A DNA stretch of 63,962 bases, filler included, from Cladosporium halotolerans (Eukaryota): the NCBI RefSeq assembly GCF_011745625.1. It is 8 parts of 8 records of this genome, joined end to end, with 100 filler letters (N's around TTAATTAATTAA, not from the genome) between each part and the next. Parts side by side here need not be neighbours in the genome. Positions count along the whole stretch, not along the records: positions 1 to 8,560 come from NW_027191612.1; positions 8,661 to 17,035 come from NW_027191614.1; 6 more parts are not named here. One strand, given 5' to 3'. The notes under the pieces were generated by a model. That model did not search any database, was not told the DNA's origin, and saw only the letters and a list, made by a program, of their open reading frames with translations. The translations under genes and the position numbers were made by a program. This document shows positions 1 through 13,412 of this stretch, piece after piece. Within the stretch, counting starts at the first letter, position 1; every line of letters starts with the position of its first letter.

Positions 1-1006
1 GAACATGCCAGCTCGAAGCAGAAATGTCTATTGACTAGACCAGAATTTTTTTCCAATCAATCTGATCGTTTGTGGTCGTGTTTTTGGTAATGGAAGTGCC
101 GGTATGCTGAGAGAGTGCGCGGGGTACTGGTATGCGCGGGGTGCTGATGAAACACGTTAGCTTCTTCTCGGATATGGCCAGTCGACATCAACACAAGAAG
201 CCATGCCATTGCATACCGACTTCTATTACAAGTCCATCGAAGCTCTGTAGTCGTATCATAGCGTGCACTCAAAGGTGTTATATTCAACGTTGAAGAAGTC
301 AGGGCTCAGACGTCGTGAGCGGAAGATGAAAGGAGGCTGAGCATACATTGAAGTTGTGGAGACGCTCCCGTGTTGACAGCCGTGCCCGTAATCTTTGTGC
401 CATGTCCCGCAAGAATTGCCTGCTCCGTAAGCGAGCAATGGTTCCATCGCCTGCCACTTACAGTATCTCCCCAAAACCATGTGAAGGCGGAGACTGAGCA
501 CGACGGTAACAGCAGCCAGCGGTTCGGCCGTTCCCTTCAGCAGATCCGACTATAACGCCACCTTACGATGTTGTAGATCCATGCCCTGACTGCGGCCATA
601 CGCCGTCCAGGAAAGGCTCATGCACCCGATCGATCTCGACGGCCGAGAAAAAGGGCGGCAGAATGATGGCCCCTCGCTGCTACATAACTCAACGCCGCAG
701 ACCGGAGCCAATGTTGCGGCGTCATGGCCGCATTGCCCTCATCTGGCAGAAGCTTCATCATACAAAAATGGCCCTTCATTCCGACGTTCATGCATGTGCA
801 TCTCATGCGAAAACTTGGCGCGTATTCACAATTTCAGTAGCAAACTGGTGCCGTCACGTTGGATCTGTGCGCAACATCTATTCTTGACTCGTCGTGGATT
901 TACTGTCAGTCATCTGGATCTACTGATCTATATTAATCTCTCTGGCACGGGCAAAACGCCGACTCGTTGCTTTTTGTCCCTAAAAGCTTGCGACGCATTA
1001 CAAGCA

Positions 1007-4000
1007 TCAGACTCTAGCATCGTAAGGTGGAGGCTGGTCGTTCCCATAGGGAGTTGCATCTGGTGGTAGTTGCTCCTCTATCGTCGGTCGCGGCGGCCTT
1101 GTTTTTTCCGAGGGGACCGGGAAGGCAGGGCTCTTGTCCACTGGTGTCGCTTCTTCATGGATCAAGTTTCCTCGAGATGGTCGGGTCCAAAGGAAATGTC
1201 TCCCGTGTTTCGCCGAGTGCTGTTCAGGCGCCGGCATAACTTCTGTTGACGAAAGCTTTGGGAAAGAAACTTTACCCTCCACAACGTTGTCATTGGCGAC
1301 TGTTTGACGAGGCACTTGGCTAATAGGATAACCTCTGGGCTCCAGCCGGTCATGTTGTAGCAAATGGAGGCGGATTGAGGGCGCGACCTTTTCATCTTGC
1401 AGCGGAAGCACTAGATCCGGAAGCCGGAACACCCCTCGTTCGATCATTTGTGACCGTATTTCTGAGGTCATGCAGATCTTGCGTCGAGATCCAGTAGATG
1501 CGGAAGGAATGGAAAAAAACGGCTCGAAGTCGGGACAACATCGATCCTCCAGAACCTTCCCCAGGCACTTTGCATAAGCGCTGTGATCTTCGTACCGACA
1601 AGAAATCCGTCCGACGGTGTGTCTGCTTCCCGCGGCATCTGTGGTCGTAGCTTGCTCATTGTAGTAGAATAACAATGCCACGAGATGATGCGCCAAACTT
1701 CGTACGGCGGTAGATCTGTGCGACTCTTGCAGTTTTTCGCCGACCAATGCCGAGATTCTCCGGATCTGACTCTCGCGGTCTTGAGCAGGAGGCGCTTCTT
1801 TCCCCAGATCGACGTTGAAACGGACCCGTCTCCCACGCAGGATTTCGGATGTTTCCGGAGCCGGGGCGGAAGCAAACTCTTGCCACATGCGTTCAGCTTC
1901 GAGCACGTCGTTGTCGCTCCTGAGCCACCATTTTGCCATCCTTGATGCGTCAGAGATACCGTTCCGGAGCCACTGTGCATTACTTGGCGCATCGCTGGTC
2001 TTCGGGCCCTTCAACAGCTCCGCCAGGACCGCTGCGCGGTTCTGACCAGTTCCGAGGGACAATATCAGATCGGGCTCGGCTATGTCGGGCCATATCTTGC
2101 GTGCTTCGGCGCGTGCGGCAGCGGCGAGCTTCACGCGGCCGGCCCTGATTCCAATGAACTGTCTGCCAGCGGCTGCAGGTAATGTTCCGAAGTATCGAGC
2201 ATCTGCCATCGTTGCGTAGACGGCTTCAAAGGTCTTCATCTCACCGGCGGGATCGTTTGGACGATCGTACTCGTAATCGCTCGCACTGTCAGTATTGTGC
2301 TGAGTCTCGAAAGCATCATCCGGCTCCGGCCTACGGTAATTGCTGAGCAGCGTCGTTCTGTGGTTCGTCAAGTTGATGGATGTGACAGCAACTCTAACGT
2401 CAGGTCGAAATTGGTCCATTTCTCCGAAAAAGTCTTTTTTTTCACCGAATTCGCTTTTGAGGGCTTCGCGTATGCCCGACCTCCCGTATTGCGGACGGGA
2501 GCGTAGGGCATGGGATACGCGATGGATCAGCGCGACGCCTGGTGTTTTCACACTGTAGGATTGTCTGCATATGGTACCGAAGGCCTCTTGGCACTGGTCC
2601 AAGGACGTCTTCTCTTTCGCAAGGGCCACCGCGATGAGACCGCCAGTTCCAGACCCGACCATCAAGTCGAAAAGAGCCTGCACTGGGAGATGCCCGTCCA
2701 ACGCTTGCTCAATTGCGCGTAGAATCTCCAACTGCACGACTCCGCGGATGCCTCCCCCGTCCAGGACGAGCACGCGCACCCCTGCCCCTCGAGGCTTATA
2801 CTTGACCACTTTTGGTCGCGTCCATCGGGTCGCATGCTGGTGGAGGGGACACCACGAGATCAGCAAGGTAGACTGTGTGAGGTCGCCGCACGCGCGCGCG
2901 CATCTGTCGCACAACGCGTGACCGCAAGGAAGAGAATGCTGTGGGACATCCATCAGGCAACAAAAGCAAGTGGAGTGACTGCGGATCCACGTCGCCGGTC
3001 CCACAAAGCGGTAGAAACTGTCCAATCGATCGACGTGTATGGCGAAAGCGATCGGCTCTTCCGCGTACACTGTGCGCTTCGACGTCATCGCGGCAAGATC
3101 CAGCTCTTTGGAGAACATTCGGTGTAGATCATTGATGGCGGTCTCTAGTTGTTTCATGCACTTCTGAGCAAATCCGGTTTCGAGAGCGGACTCGTATTGC
3201 CCAGCTGCTATGATTCCACTTTCATCCTGGTGGCCTTTCGTTTGGTGCCGAACTTTCACCAAGACGCATCTTCGCCGTCCGTCCGTACTGACAAACGAGC
3301 AAGGATAGTGTAACTGGAGGTATTCGGTCAGGGCAAACTCGAAATGGTGGGCGTAACTTTTGAACAACTCGTGCAGCTGTCCTTTGCGGAAGCGGGCGCA
3401 GTCCAGCAGAACGCAAGAGGCCAGCACAACATTGAGTTTGCCAAAAACCGACTCGACTCTCGCAGCATCTCGTGACGGCATCCGAGCGCTCAGGCTCTCG
3501 CATAGCTGTAGAATGTGCCCACCAAAATCTCGAGGTATCGGGTTCCGCCGCAGTGACACCTGCATGAAATTGAAAGGCACCTCGATGTGAGTGGTGAAAT
3601 GGTCGAAGCCGCTCTGGATGTACAGATTCAGCTCATCGGCATCGAGCAGCAGGCGAGCGCGTCGCTTCGCCTCGTGTGATGCCCGGCAATTCGTGACGAT
3701 GGCTGCGTGCAGCTTGTCCACTTGCTGACTGATCAACATGTATTGCGGTGCGGCGGGAATGCGTACGACTTTGAAGGAGGCATAGTAGCACAGTATGAGG
3801 TCGTTGACGGAGTTGATCTCTCTTCCGAGACGACGCCAGTGATCAGCGAGCTGGCGGAATCGGGCCACTCCCTCGATGCGATCGAAGGCGTTGCTGACAG
3901 ACGACAGGAGGCTCTGCGTGGCGTGGTGGCTATCCCACTGGGCAGGTTCGATGCCAGGATGGCTACCGTTGAGCACTACTATGCAGTGCGGCAGGGTTGG

Positions 4001-5130
4001 TTGGTTTATCGACTTCTCCAATGCGGCTGCCCCCCAATCCAAAAGTTTCGTGAGCGCAGCTGAGCCAAAAGTCTTTGGGTTCCGCAGCACGAACGCGACG
4101 CAGTCAGAGAAACTGTACAAAAGCCGCGGGTATAGCACCGTCACGGCGTACTCTCGTCGACGATGCTCTTCTGTGTCTGCCCACCTGACCCGCCGCGTGT
4201 TGACCCAAGCTCTTGTTGCGGCATTTTGGCTTTCTTGAGAGCCAAGCTGAGACTGTGAGCCCAGAGGAGATCGTTCGCCCCCTTCGAAGCCTTCGCAATC
4301 GGCGTACAAGATGGGCAACGGGTCTGTGTGAGTTGCTGGATCAGCGTAAAGGTGGACGTCGCCTGAGGTGGCGAGGCCATCGTTGACAGCGCTACCAACG
4401 ACGGGGGACGGAAATCCGACGCTGGAGCCGAGTGTCTTTTCGCTCTTTTCGCTCTTTTCGCTCTTTTCGCTCTTTTCGCTCTTGTCGCTCTTGTCGCTCT
4501 TGTCGCTCTTGTCGCTCTTTTCGCTCTTGTCGCTCTTGTCGCTCTTGTCGCTCTTGTCGCTCTTGATGCCAATGTCATTATTGCAGCCGTGTCCGCGGTG
4601 AACCAACATCTTGATCAAAGTGGACTTCCCGGCGTTGGTGACGCCGACGAAAGAGACAAGCTGTGGATAACGAGTCTTCATGCTAGTCGAGCGCGCAATA
4701 TCGGAGACGAGGGTAAGATAACGTCCGTAATCGTCGAACAGCACTTGGTCTTCTTTGTCACGAGTCACGCCGAACCATTTGGTCCATTCGTCTTCTTGGT
4801 GAGATTTTTGAACCACCAAAGGATCCGTTGATGGGTTTAGTATACCTCTCAATCGCCGGATGACGCCCAGATCTACCTTCTCGTGCGGTAAACCTTCGGG
4901 CCCTCTCTTCTTGGGTCTATGCGGACCTTGAAGAGCCCAGCAGTGACTGATGAAGCATGTCAGCATTTGACTTCCTCGCGGCGTTTCCTCATCTCGTACC
5001 TGCAGTATGTGCTGTCGCAACGAACACAGTACGACAACTCCGTCGCTTGGATGCCGCCATCGATGCATCTTCCATCCTCGCAAACCTCTTCGATATCTTT
5101 CTCGGCATCGTCGGTAGACGTTGCCGTCAT
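1007..5130 (-). CDS. Multidomain patatin-like protein (N-terminal Zn finger, P-loop NTPase, Cys-rich RING-like region, patatin domain with degenerate catalytic motifs)
   Basis: Walker A GVTNAGKST; YADCEG; CFCC..CGHALCDRC; patatin LVLDGGGIRG and FDLMVGSGTGG. Likely ATG at 5130 (MTATSTDD). An intron at 4999-4947 (GTACG...CTGAC...CAG) joins CVRCDSTYC to SHCW in frame. Confidence 0.85.
4436..4564 (-). repeat. Coding 9-bp tandem repeat, 14 copies (SDK/SEK)
   Basis: Repeated CTT[G/T]TCGCT units; translation SDKx4-SEK-SDKx4-SEKx5. Confidence 0.97.
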
Positions 5131-5800
5131 TGCTGCGTCTCTTGCGCCACGCTGCTCCTTCAGAATGTTCGGATGAGAAGGAGCGCAGGGTGAAGGCGTC
5201 GAAAGATGGTGCTGTATCAAACAGGGAAATAATTTGGGACACCACAGCTCTTGCAGACCATGTGATATATCGGCCGAGGACACGCAGTGGTCGCGGTCGC
5301 TCGGAAGGCGATAACTTAAAGAGCCTATCGAGCGGAGCCTCGCTGCCAAACACGTCCCCTTCCACGCCTGATGTACGACAGGTTCACATGTCAGTGGAGA
5401 TCACCCGATGCACGAGTCTGCTGAGGATGTATACCAAGCTGGCGGGCTCAACAAAAGACTTTATTTCCGATCGATACAGTAACGTCACCAGTCCCCGATA
5501 CTTTACCATCTTTGTCTGAAAGGCGATCATGCATTATACTAGGTCGCGCCTGCTACAGCACTGTGAAATCGCTGAGCTACTGTTCTACGGTAGAAATAGA
5601 CCAGCTAGGGCTTTTGGATGAAGACCATGTAGGAGAACACCTCGCTGCAAAAATGCTTTTCCGGTCAGAGCTATTTGTCTAGAACGCTACCTAATTCAAG
5701 CTGCCATCTCCACCATTCTTCTGCTTGGGATCTCTCGCTGTGCTTCCATGCCATATGCAAAGTCCTTGACTGTGTGCGACTGGCTTTCCGACACTCTGCG

Positions 5801-7644
5801 TCACTTCCTCAACGAGTGCTCGGGGATGAAAGCAGTGTCCAGAGTGTAATCGCCGATGGTCAGGCTGAGCAATAATCCAAAGAAGCCAACGCCAGTGGAT
5901 GTAGCGAAAAGCATCTTGAGCGCCCAAGCATAGGCTTCCCGGAGCTGCATCTTCAGCGAACTTTCACTTGATAGTGCTTGCAGTATCGGGATGTATGCCT
6001 CAAAAGTGGTGGCAATGATCCTCGGCAAACCGTCATTTCCAAGGCGCACGCGAAGGAAGTTCTGGAAGATCGTGCCGCCGAGGATGACCCCTAGGCATAG
6101 ACCAAAGCTTCTCGCGAAGGAGTACATGCTTACAGCGTAGGCCGCATCTTTTGTCTTACACGATGCCTGGATGGCCACCGAGTGGCCGATGAGAAGCAGA
6201 CCCTGTCCCGCTCCAGCGCACATGAAAACGAAGACCCAAGCAGCCGGATGCGTGCCTGGGCCGAGAAGGACGAGCAGTCCCAGGCCCATGACGCTGAGCG
6301 ACCAGCCCGACCATATAGACCATCGGTACCGTCCAATCCGAGTAATCAGCGATCCCGTCACTCCGCTAACTGGCACCACGGTCATGGCGAACGGGAGAAG
6401 TCCAGTGCCAGCCAGGATGGGCGAGTAAAGCTGGCAAGCCATCAGGTAGATGACCAGGTAGTATGTCATTGCGAACAGCTGGACCGGATTGTCAGTGCGA
6501 ATGAGAGAAGCTTTTTCTTGTCGATCAACTCACGAGGTAGCCCTGTATGACAGTGCAGAGAGTCACCACAATTCCCGACCAATGTTGGAATATCGAAAGA
6601 CGCAAGAAGGGGTTTTTGGCGACATGTCGCTCGAAGAAGAACGTGAGCAGCATGCCTTCCAGGCCGGCGATGATTGGCACCAGAACGGCTGAGCTTCTCC
6701 AGCTGTGTCTATTGCCACCCCAGCTCATTCCAACAAGGAACAAGGTGGAGCTGACGACCATAGATGCCGACCCTATCCAGTCGAAGGAACGCAGCTTCTC
6801 GCGCATCGGCGTGACCTCTTCCTCATACCGCAAGAACAGAGGAACTATCACCAGGCCGACTGCACAGAACGGAAGGTTGATGTAGAATATCCTTCAAAAG
6901 TATTAGCATTGGGCAAGTGAGAGCACATTCCTCCCCTGGTGATCGTACCATCGCCAACTCGAATCGACCACTGCGCCGCCGATGATGGGGGCGATGTTTG
7001 TCCCAAGGGCGAACACCAGTTGGATGAGGCCCTGGTATTTGGAGCGCTGGCGGAGCGGTACAAAATCCGATAGTATGATCAAGTTCACGCTGATGATCCC
7101 CCCTCCACCGATGCCCTGAATGGTGCGACCAGCGAGCATCGTGACAACTGAGGGAGCCGTTGCACAAGCGATGCTCCCTACGGTGAAGACGCCGACGGAG
7201 CCCAGAAACATGGCCTGTCGACCAAAAGCTTCTGCGAGGGCGGCCATGGTGGGCTGGCATACCGCATTGGCCAAAAGATAGCTGGCAGCTATCCAGAACG
7301 ACTCTGTGGCATTGGCTCCGAGAGCGTGAGCAACGGTCTAGGCATTGAGTCAGCAGCTTTTCGTCGCGGGCGTTGTACATGCGCATACCGGTAGGGTAGC
7401 CGTGAGTATGGTCATGTCCAGGGAGATGATGAACTGTTATGATGAAATCAGTTTCGTGGTCCAACACTAATCATCTCTTTGCACTCACAACGCAGAATGC
7501 CTGTGCACATAATGCTTTTTTGACTCTTGTGTCTGGCTTCCAAGGCTCGTGCTCCCCGTTCGGTTCCAAGGAGAGCTCTGTCTGCTGCGAGTCCACGACA
7601 CTTGGCTCGCCAACCTCCTTCTCTTGCTGGGTCTGAATCGTCAT
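5801..7644 (-). CDS. MFS drug:H+ antiporter (DHA2/14-TMS type), multi-exon
   Basis: AEAFGRQ, GRTIQGIGGG, SDFVPLRQR, APIIGG, FDWIGS, RIGRYRW motifs over several exons; ATG at 7644 inferred. Confidence 0.88.
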
Positions 7645-8453
7645 AGTGATTTCTCACGCTGCAATTTCGCTCGATTGTAAGATGAGGGTGTCGATCCACC
7701 AAGAGTGCTCTGCAAGATCAGTTCAGACAGGAAATATATAGGCGGCATATCAGGCAAGGAGCAGTTCGTCCCGCCGAGTGCGGTCACGACAGCGTGATCA
7801 CATGCAACACGTTGAGCCGGATGATAAATCTGAATGCGGTTGTCGTCCCGATGGACCAACTTGAATGACAGGGATGCAAGGCATCGTCCGCATTCTCGTT
7901 GGACAGGTCGCTCCTACAGTGTGGACGAATGCGGAAGAGACTTTGGTCCGGCCAAAAGGCTCCTCCAAATTTTGACTTGACCAGCAGTAACTTCCCGCGA
8001 CGACACGCCATCTCCACCATCTCAGACCGCAGAGACTGCACAGCTTCCGTCGATGTTACTGTACAGAACATGAGCTGTGACTGTAGTGGATGCGCTTTTG
8101 TTGACCCGCTTGGATGTATCGCAGATATTTTGCATCAGACGTTCGAGCATCGCGGTTTTCCGCCTGTCAAGGTCCTGCTGCTGTTTTGCCATTGCAGCGG
8201 TCATAGATTCCGTTAGCCGAGCCTGCACACTGGCTATCTCTTTCATGAGCTCACCTCGCGAGGACTGTACGGCGTTCAACGAGCTGCCGCGGGTGGCTGC
8301 TGCAACGAAGCCTCGGCACCGTCGACTATTTACCGAAGAGCGTCGTTCTCGATGCTAACATCGGATTCCAAGTTTGTTGTTGGATTCGTTGCAATTGCTG
8401 GGCGCTCGCCACGGAGCTGCTGTTCATCCCAACCTTGGTCTTTTACGGCTTTT

Positions 8454-8454
8454 G

Positions 8455-8487
<33 letters not shown>

Positions 8488-8560
8488 CTGTTAAGCTATG
8501 CACAGGCTCGACACCCGTATGAGCTGTTCCTAAGATCTACCTAACGATCAAGCTCTCGTA
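8454..8560 (-). mobile_element. Probable 3' end of a LINE with an (AATC)n tail, running into the gap
   Basis: (GATT)7 array followed by ~75 nt of unique sequence at the contig end. Short tandem-repeat tails are known in Tad1-clade LINEs. Confidence 0.45.
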
Positions 8561-8660
8561 NNNNNNNNNNNNNNNNNNNNNNNNNNNNNNNNNNNNNNNN
8601 NNNNTTAATTAATTAANNNNNNNNNNNNNNNNNNNNNNNNNNNNNNNNNNNNNNNNNNNN
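8561..8660. other. Artificial contig linker
   Basis: N44-TTAATTAATTAA-N44; stops in all six frames. Confidence 0.99.
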
Positions 8661-8757
8661 TGAATCTGATTATTCAGGTCCGAGCTCAATCAGGGACCTG
8701 ATTGATTGATTACCTGATTGATTATCTGATTGAGAAAATCAAGATTCAAGATCTATG
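8661..8757. mobile_element. DNA transposon terminus, family A (hAT-like; reverse complement begins CATAGATCTTGAATC)
   Basis: 8662-8757 is identical to 17136-17231 and the flanks diverge right after ...AGATCTATG; many subterminal TGAT(T) repeats. Confidence 0.8.
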
Positions 8758-9122
8758 GTGAGGACTCGCAAGCTCCGACACGTGACCTGCACGGAGCTGG
8801 AGCTGGAGCGGAGGCTCCGTGTCCGACCTCAAACGTCGATGCGATGAGTGATCCGCCGATCTTCCACCACGCTCGTCCTTACGACTCCACCCTCTCCATG
8901 GGAATTCAGCATTTTGGCCACGCCAGATTGTAATTTAGGCTTAGGCCCCAATGTCTAGACTTTGCCCTAACATGTAGATGTGTAAGCGTCTTCTCCGGCT
9001 GGATGCTCTCCTCAACACATCTGGCATGCGCGTGTATTATAAAGGTAAGACCAGGTTTGCAGTCTTTCCTTCATCAAAATATCGATTCACCACCGCGCTT
9101 GCCGACGCTCAGTCTCTTCACA

Positions 9123-10064
9123 ATGCCTCCAACGATCCTCGTCGTGGGCGCCACGGGCAACACCGGCAAAGGTGTTGTCCGGACTCTGCCGAGTTTAATC
9201 AAGAATACGTCGTTCTCCTCGCACCGCATCCTTGCTCTCACAAGATCGACTAGCAGCCCAGCAGCCCAAAGCATTGCCGTTCTGCCCGGTGTCGAACTCA
9301 TGGAGCAGAATTGGGTCGAGATAACCGAGGACTGGATCCGTAGACACGAAGTCTCCCGGGTATTTCTCGCTTCTCACAACGAGCCCACCCAATTCGCTGA
9401 AGAAAGTCAGTTCCTTGTCAACGCCCTGAACGCCGGCGTTCAGTACGTCGTCCGAATCTCAACTACCGCCGCAAATGTTCGCCCCAATCTCAAGGCTTAC
9501 TATCCCCGCTCGCACTGGGCAATCGAGCAAATGCTCGGCCAGCCTGAGTTCAAAGCCATGCACTGGACCTCCTTACAACCCAACACCTTCACCGCCATGT
9601 TTCTCGATTCCACCGTGGAATTCATCAAGCAGACGCGCAGAACCGGCGAGCAGAGTCCTCTGAGCCTCATTATCGACGCCGACACCAAAGACGGCCTTGT
9701 CGATTCACACGAAGTTGGCGTCATCGCTGCCCACCTATTGGCTAAGGATGATACGTCGCCGCACAATGCTGCGCGCTACGTTGTGAATGGCCCCGAAGAT
9801 GTCACGGGACGCCAGGTCGTGAAGCTGGCGGAGGAACATATCGGCGCTTCCGTCAAGCATGTTAGGTACAAGGACATGTCGTTCATTGATCAGATGGCTG
9901 CCAACAGCTCTCATTCGCAGAACCTTATTCTTTCTATCAAGCATGCGCTGGTTGCTACGTGGAATGGTCAGGCGATGGCCGCCACCACGAGCAAGGAAGT
10001 GCTTGAGCTATACGCCCCAAAACGCACGGTTGCTGAGGTCCTGGAGCAGCTGCTCAAGGAGTAG
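9123..10064 (+). CDS. NmrA-like NAD(P)-binding protein
   Basis: MPPTILVVGATGNTGKG Rossmann motif; HWAIEQ and WTSLQPN motifs; single exon of 313 aa. Confidence 0.9.
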   Translation: MPPTILVVGATGNTGKGVVRTLPSLIKNTSFSSHRILALTRSTSSPAAQSIAVLPGVELMEQNWVEITEDWIRRHEVSRVFLASHNEPTQFAEESQFLVNALNAGVQYVVRISTTAANVRPNLKAYYPRSHWAIEQMLGQPEFKAMHWTSLQPNTFTAMFLDSTVEFIKQTRRTGEQSPLSLIIDADTKDGLVDSHEVGVIAAHLLAKDDTSPHNAARYVVNGPEDVTGRQVVKLAEEHIGASVKHVRYKDMSFIDQMAANSSHSQNLILSIKHALVATWNGQAMAATTSKEVLELYAPKRTVAEVLEQLLKE

Positions 10065-10791
10065 GTGTCAGGCGGGAACTGTGCGCGTTGCGGTGGAGGC
10101 GATTCCGCTATTCCCTATCTTTGAACTACGGCGTCAATGTGGTCGAGACGAGCGTGAGTGAGGTTCAGACTTCGAGATTAGCCGGATTGTCGCTATGTAG
10201 CATTCATCATATATGTAAACATTTTGACACTAGATACTTGATCTCATGCTCCGTTAGGCTCGTTACCATTGTTTCGTAAAGAGCGACGACAAGCCTCCAT
10301 CGGCCACATGGCACATACATACAGCAGCTCCGACACGCGCACGGGGCAGGCTAGTAGTACCGGGAATGCCGGCTTCAGTTGGATATCTGACCTGTGATCA
10401 TATTGTGGTCTTCACACCTTCTCATGCAGTCGCAGGTCAGGCTATTATTGTCGTTGCACGTAAGACGGCGGAGGGAAACTGGTCGAGACGCGCCGTGGCT
10501 GCCGCGGAGCCAAGTGTTACTTGATCTACGACTAAGTAAAGAAGCTTTCTTTGGCCCGGGAGTGATGAAAGCTTGAGGCATTTACCTTCTTGCACGCCAA
10601 AGATCAGCTGAATTCAGAATTCTAGTGGGGAAAAATGGCTCCACAAGCACAATCTGCGGCATTTCAACCCGCAAAAGGGCCGTGAATGTGCTGTGCCGGT
10701 CGCTGTACTAGCTGTGTGAGTAATCCAGCTTGAATCCAACGTTGTCTCATCAAAAGCTCTCAGAGATATCGATCTATCGTTAGACTTCCGG

Positions 10792-11124
10792 TTGGCTTTG
10801 TCATTTTTGTTCCCCGCCGCTATCAGGATGGTTAGCGCAGCCTCTGCATCTGGCAACACTGGTAGCCTTTCGCTCTTGGATATTGTCAACTCGGAGTCAG
10901 CTACTGCTTTAAAAGCGATGATCGACAGTTCCGGAGGCCACACATACATCAAGCCAGACTTGAGCGACGTCAAAAAACTCAAGGTCTTTATCATGGACGG
11001 CAACGATGACACCGTTATCACCCACATGGAGGCGGCAACCAACGCAAATGCTGCAGCATACAAGAAAATGATGTATGGCGAGATCGGAAGCCGTTTCCAC
11101 GCAGAAGCGACAGACCCATCATGA
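10792..11124 (+). pseudogene. Possible alpha/beta-hydrolase C-terminal relic
   Basis: VFIMDGNDDTVI..GSRFH resembles the Asp/His region of the fold; no intact upstream part. Confidence 0.3.
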
Positions 11125-11866
11125 ATTGAAAACCGCGTCACCCGCTGTGGGTAAGTCTCTGCATACTGGGGCACTGTAAATGCTCGGTGGACGGCATATT
11201 ATCATGAATACGGAAACAATTCACACCAAAAATCATGCGTCAGCGCGTACGGCTTCACGCCGTTACCGACCTTCGACTCGACCCTCACATGATATCGCAC
11301 TGGTGGGGATAAATATGAAAGCAAAAAGATACTCCTTGAAACGCGCTACATGCGCGCTTGCCTACCATCATGTACCCTCCGTAACTTAGTAAGATGCAGA
11401 CGTCTTAGCTTCTTACGTCGCAAGACCTGAAGAACTAAATCTTTGCACAACCATTCGGCCATTTACCGAGCAGCTTGCACCACCCTGACGCGCTCTTCTG
11501 GTCCAATACGTCTGACGTCCCGGCTTCTGCGCGGAGTCACGGTGGAAAAGTATGAAAGATAGAACGAGACTTCTCATGGTCCATAACTACAGTCCATAAT
11601 ATACCAGGCTCTGGCTCGGATAACACATCAATTGTCGTCCTGAGGATGCGCGGCCTCCCGCTTTTCCTACCCAAAAGTCGCGAGAGGATCAATGATAGAG
11701 ACTTATTTCCAGAGGAAACCAAACCCTCAGATCCAAGATACACCAAAAGCTCAAGAAAGGGTTGCGACGTAAAGCGTCATGATTGTCAACGGTGCCATAA
11801 AATTCGCCGAAAGACTTGCCGCGCCGCTGACTTCGCCATTGCCTTGAGCGCCATTTATCATTGACC

Positions 11867-12760
11867 TTAAATTCCGGGTGATACACAGCCGTAGAATCGT
11901 CGACGGTGCCGTCCCAGCAGAGCTTTTGCAAGCATTTCTGACAAACGTCTTGGATGTTCGTCTGCGTTTTGCCGAAGCTGCGGTGCAGGATCGCGCAGCC
12001 GAAGCAGGTCGGCCAATCCGAATCTACGGTGCCATTGCCTATCGTGGCTAGAAGATGTCGTCAGCTGGGGCTCGGATGCGGATCTTTCAGGTGAACGGGT
12101 TGTGCATGACCTACCGACGTCGTATCCATTCTGGATGATGCTGTTTCTTTCCAGAGTGGAGTAAACCATTTGGCTGGTGCTGACGTTGCTCATGTATGCG
12201 TCAGGAGCATCTGGGAGGTACACGATCAGTGGAGAGGGCGGTTCAGTGTCGTCCAGGTTGCAGCCGAACCAAGTCGGCTTGTTGTTAAGACTAAGGTTCA
12301 CGAAAGTGTTCGCATCTGGGTTTTGAGGAAATGAGGTACCGTTAGTGATGGGAAGCAGACTGCGTTGGTACGTGGCAATCAGGACTGTGCCGTATGGCCA
12401 GTTCAGGTCACCGTTCTCCTTGAGAGTATCTGCAGAGGAGTCGACTGCGAAGACGACATCGACGCCTCGCTCGGGCTGGATGAGCGGATGTAACGGCAGA
12501 TTCTGTAGATCTTCGCCTCCGTCAACCATCATTAGGGTGTGCTGATTGTGCAAGCGGTTTTTCGTTGGGCTAAACTGATAGAAAGGATTAGGATAGCTGG
12601 CTATGTCGTCTGTTGAATACTTGTCAGTTGACGACTTTTCTCCACTAGAGGTGTTGGTATCGTGTACTCACTTTGGTCTTCGCCGACATCTTCGAGGAGT
12701 GGCTTCACTAGTTTTGCTATGAGACCGACCTCTCTATTGCTGCCCTTGGTCGCCCGCTCT
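11867..12760 (-). pseudogene. Lysophospholipase (phospholipase B) C-terminal half
   Basis: YPNPFY, VDGGEDLQNLPLHPLIQPERGVDVVFAVDSSAD, PTWFGC, PLIVYLP, WPTCFGCAIL, CWDGT. The N-terminal GLSGG nucleophile region is not seen. Boundaries approximate. Confidence 0.8.
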
Positions 12761-12936
12761 ACGGCCACAGCAAGGTGGGCACTCCTCACACTACAGACGC
12801 AATCAGCGACATGATACCGTCATTTCACATCACTCGTGGCATGAGATTCACGTCCCAACGGAAATGGGAGCTCTACGCGGAACCCTTCTCAGACGACGCA
12901 CCGGATTTGGAGGGCGAGGATCCTTGAATCCAAGGC

Positions 12937-13341
12937 TTGCACGCCAAGTACCCTCACTACTCCGATTCCCGCGATGACATCAAGCGGTGCTGCAGCGCTG
13001 GCTTGGAAAGGTCTGTGTACCCTGACGCTATTCGCAAAGTCTTCTCATTCATCGAGATCATCGAAAGGTGGCCTGAACTGCACCACGATGCGCGCTTGAT
13101 TCAAATCTGGCCTATCGAACTGCACCCGCATCTCATGTTTATGCTAACAGATTGTCAGCCTGTCGCATTGCTTGTCCTAGGAAATTATGCGGCGCTGCTC
13201 AAGTTGAGGTCTGGAAATGTCTGGCCTTTCGCAACTTGGCCTCATCTGCTTCTGCAAGCGGTAGAAAAACCGCTTGGCCACGGGTGGCAAGCCTCACTTG
13301 AATGGGCAAGACGGATAGTTTCAGGGTTCAGCACAGAATAA
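12937..13341 (+). pseudogene. C-terminal fragment of an Upc2-like fungal transcription factor
   Basis: WP..L..CQPVALLVLGNYAALL..W..W..L.W pattern; no Zn2Cys6 region upstream. Confidence 0.6.
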
Positions 13342-13412
13342 ATGAGGTCAAGTTGAAACTTTCTCTCGTGATATTCGACCTTATCCAGTTTCTGACGCCT
13401 TGACTGACCGTA

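Noticed and set aside
4141..4601. Alternative-frame ORFs (RAT/RAK and SLL/SLF repeats), or a CRISPR-like array
   Set aside because: These are by-products of the 9-bp coding repeat, and there are no unique spacers.
5131..5365. N-terminal extension of the 1452-aa ORF from the ORF track
   Set aside because: That frame reads through an intron. The spliced model from ATG 5130 restores a coherent Zn finger.
8605..8616. TTAATTAATTAA recurring every ~8.2 kb as a biological periodic motif
   Set aside because: It is always centred in 100-nt N blocks and is a six-frame-stop scaffolding linker.
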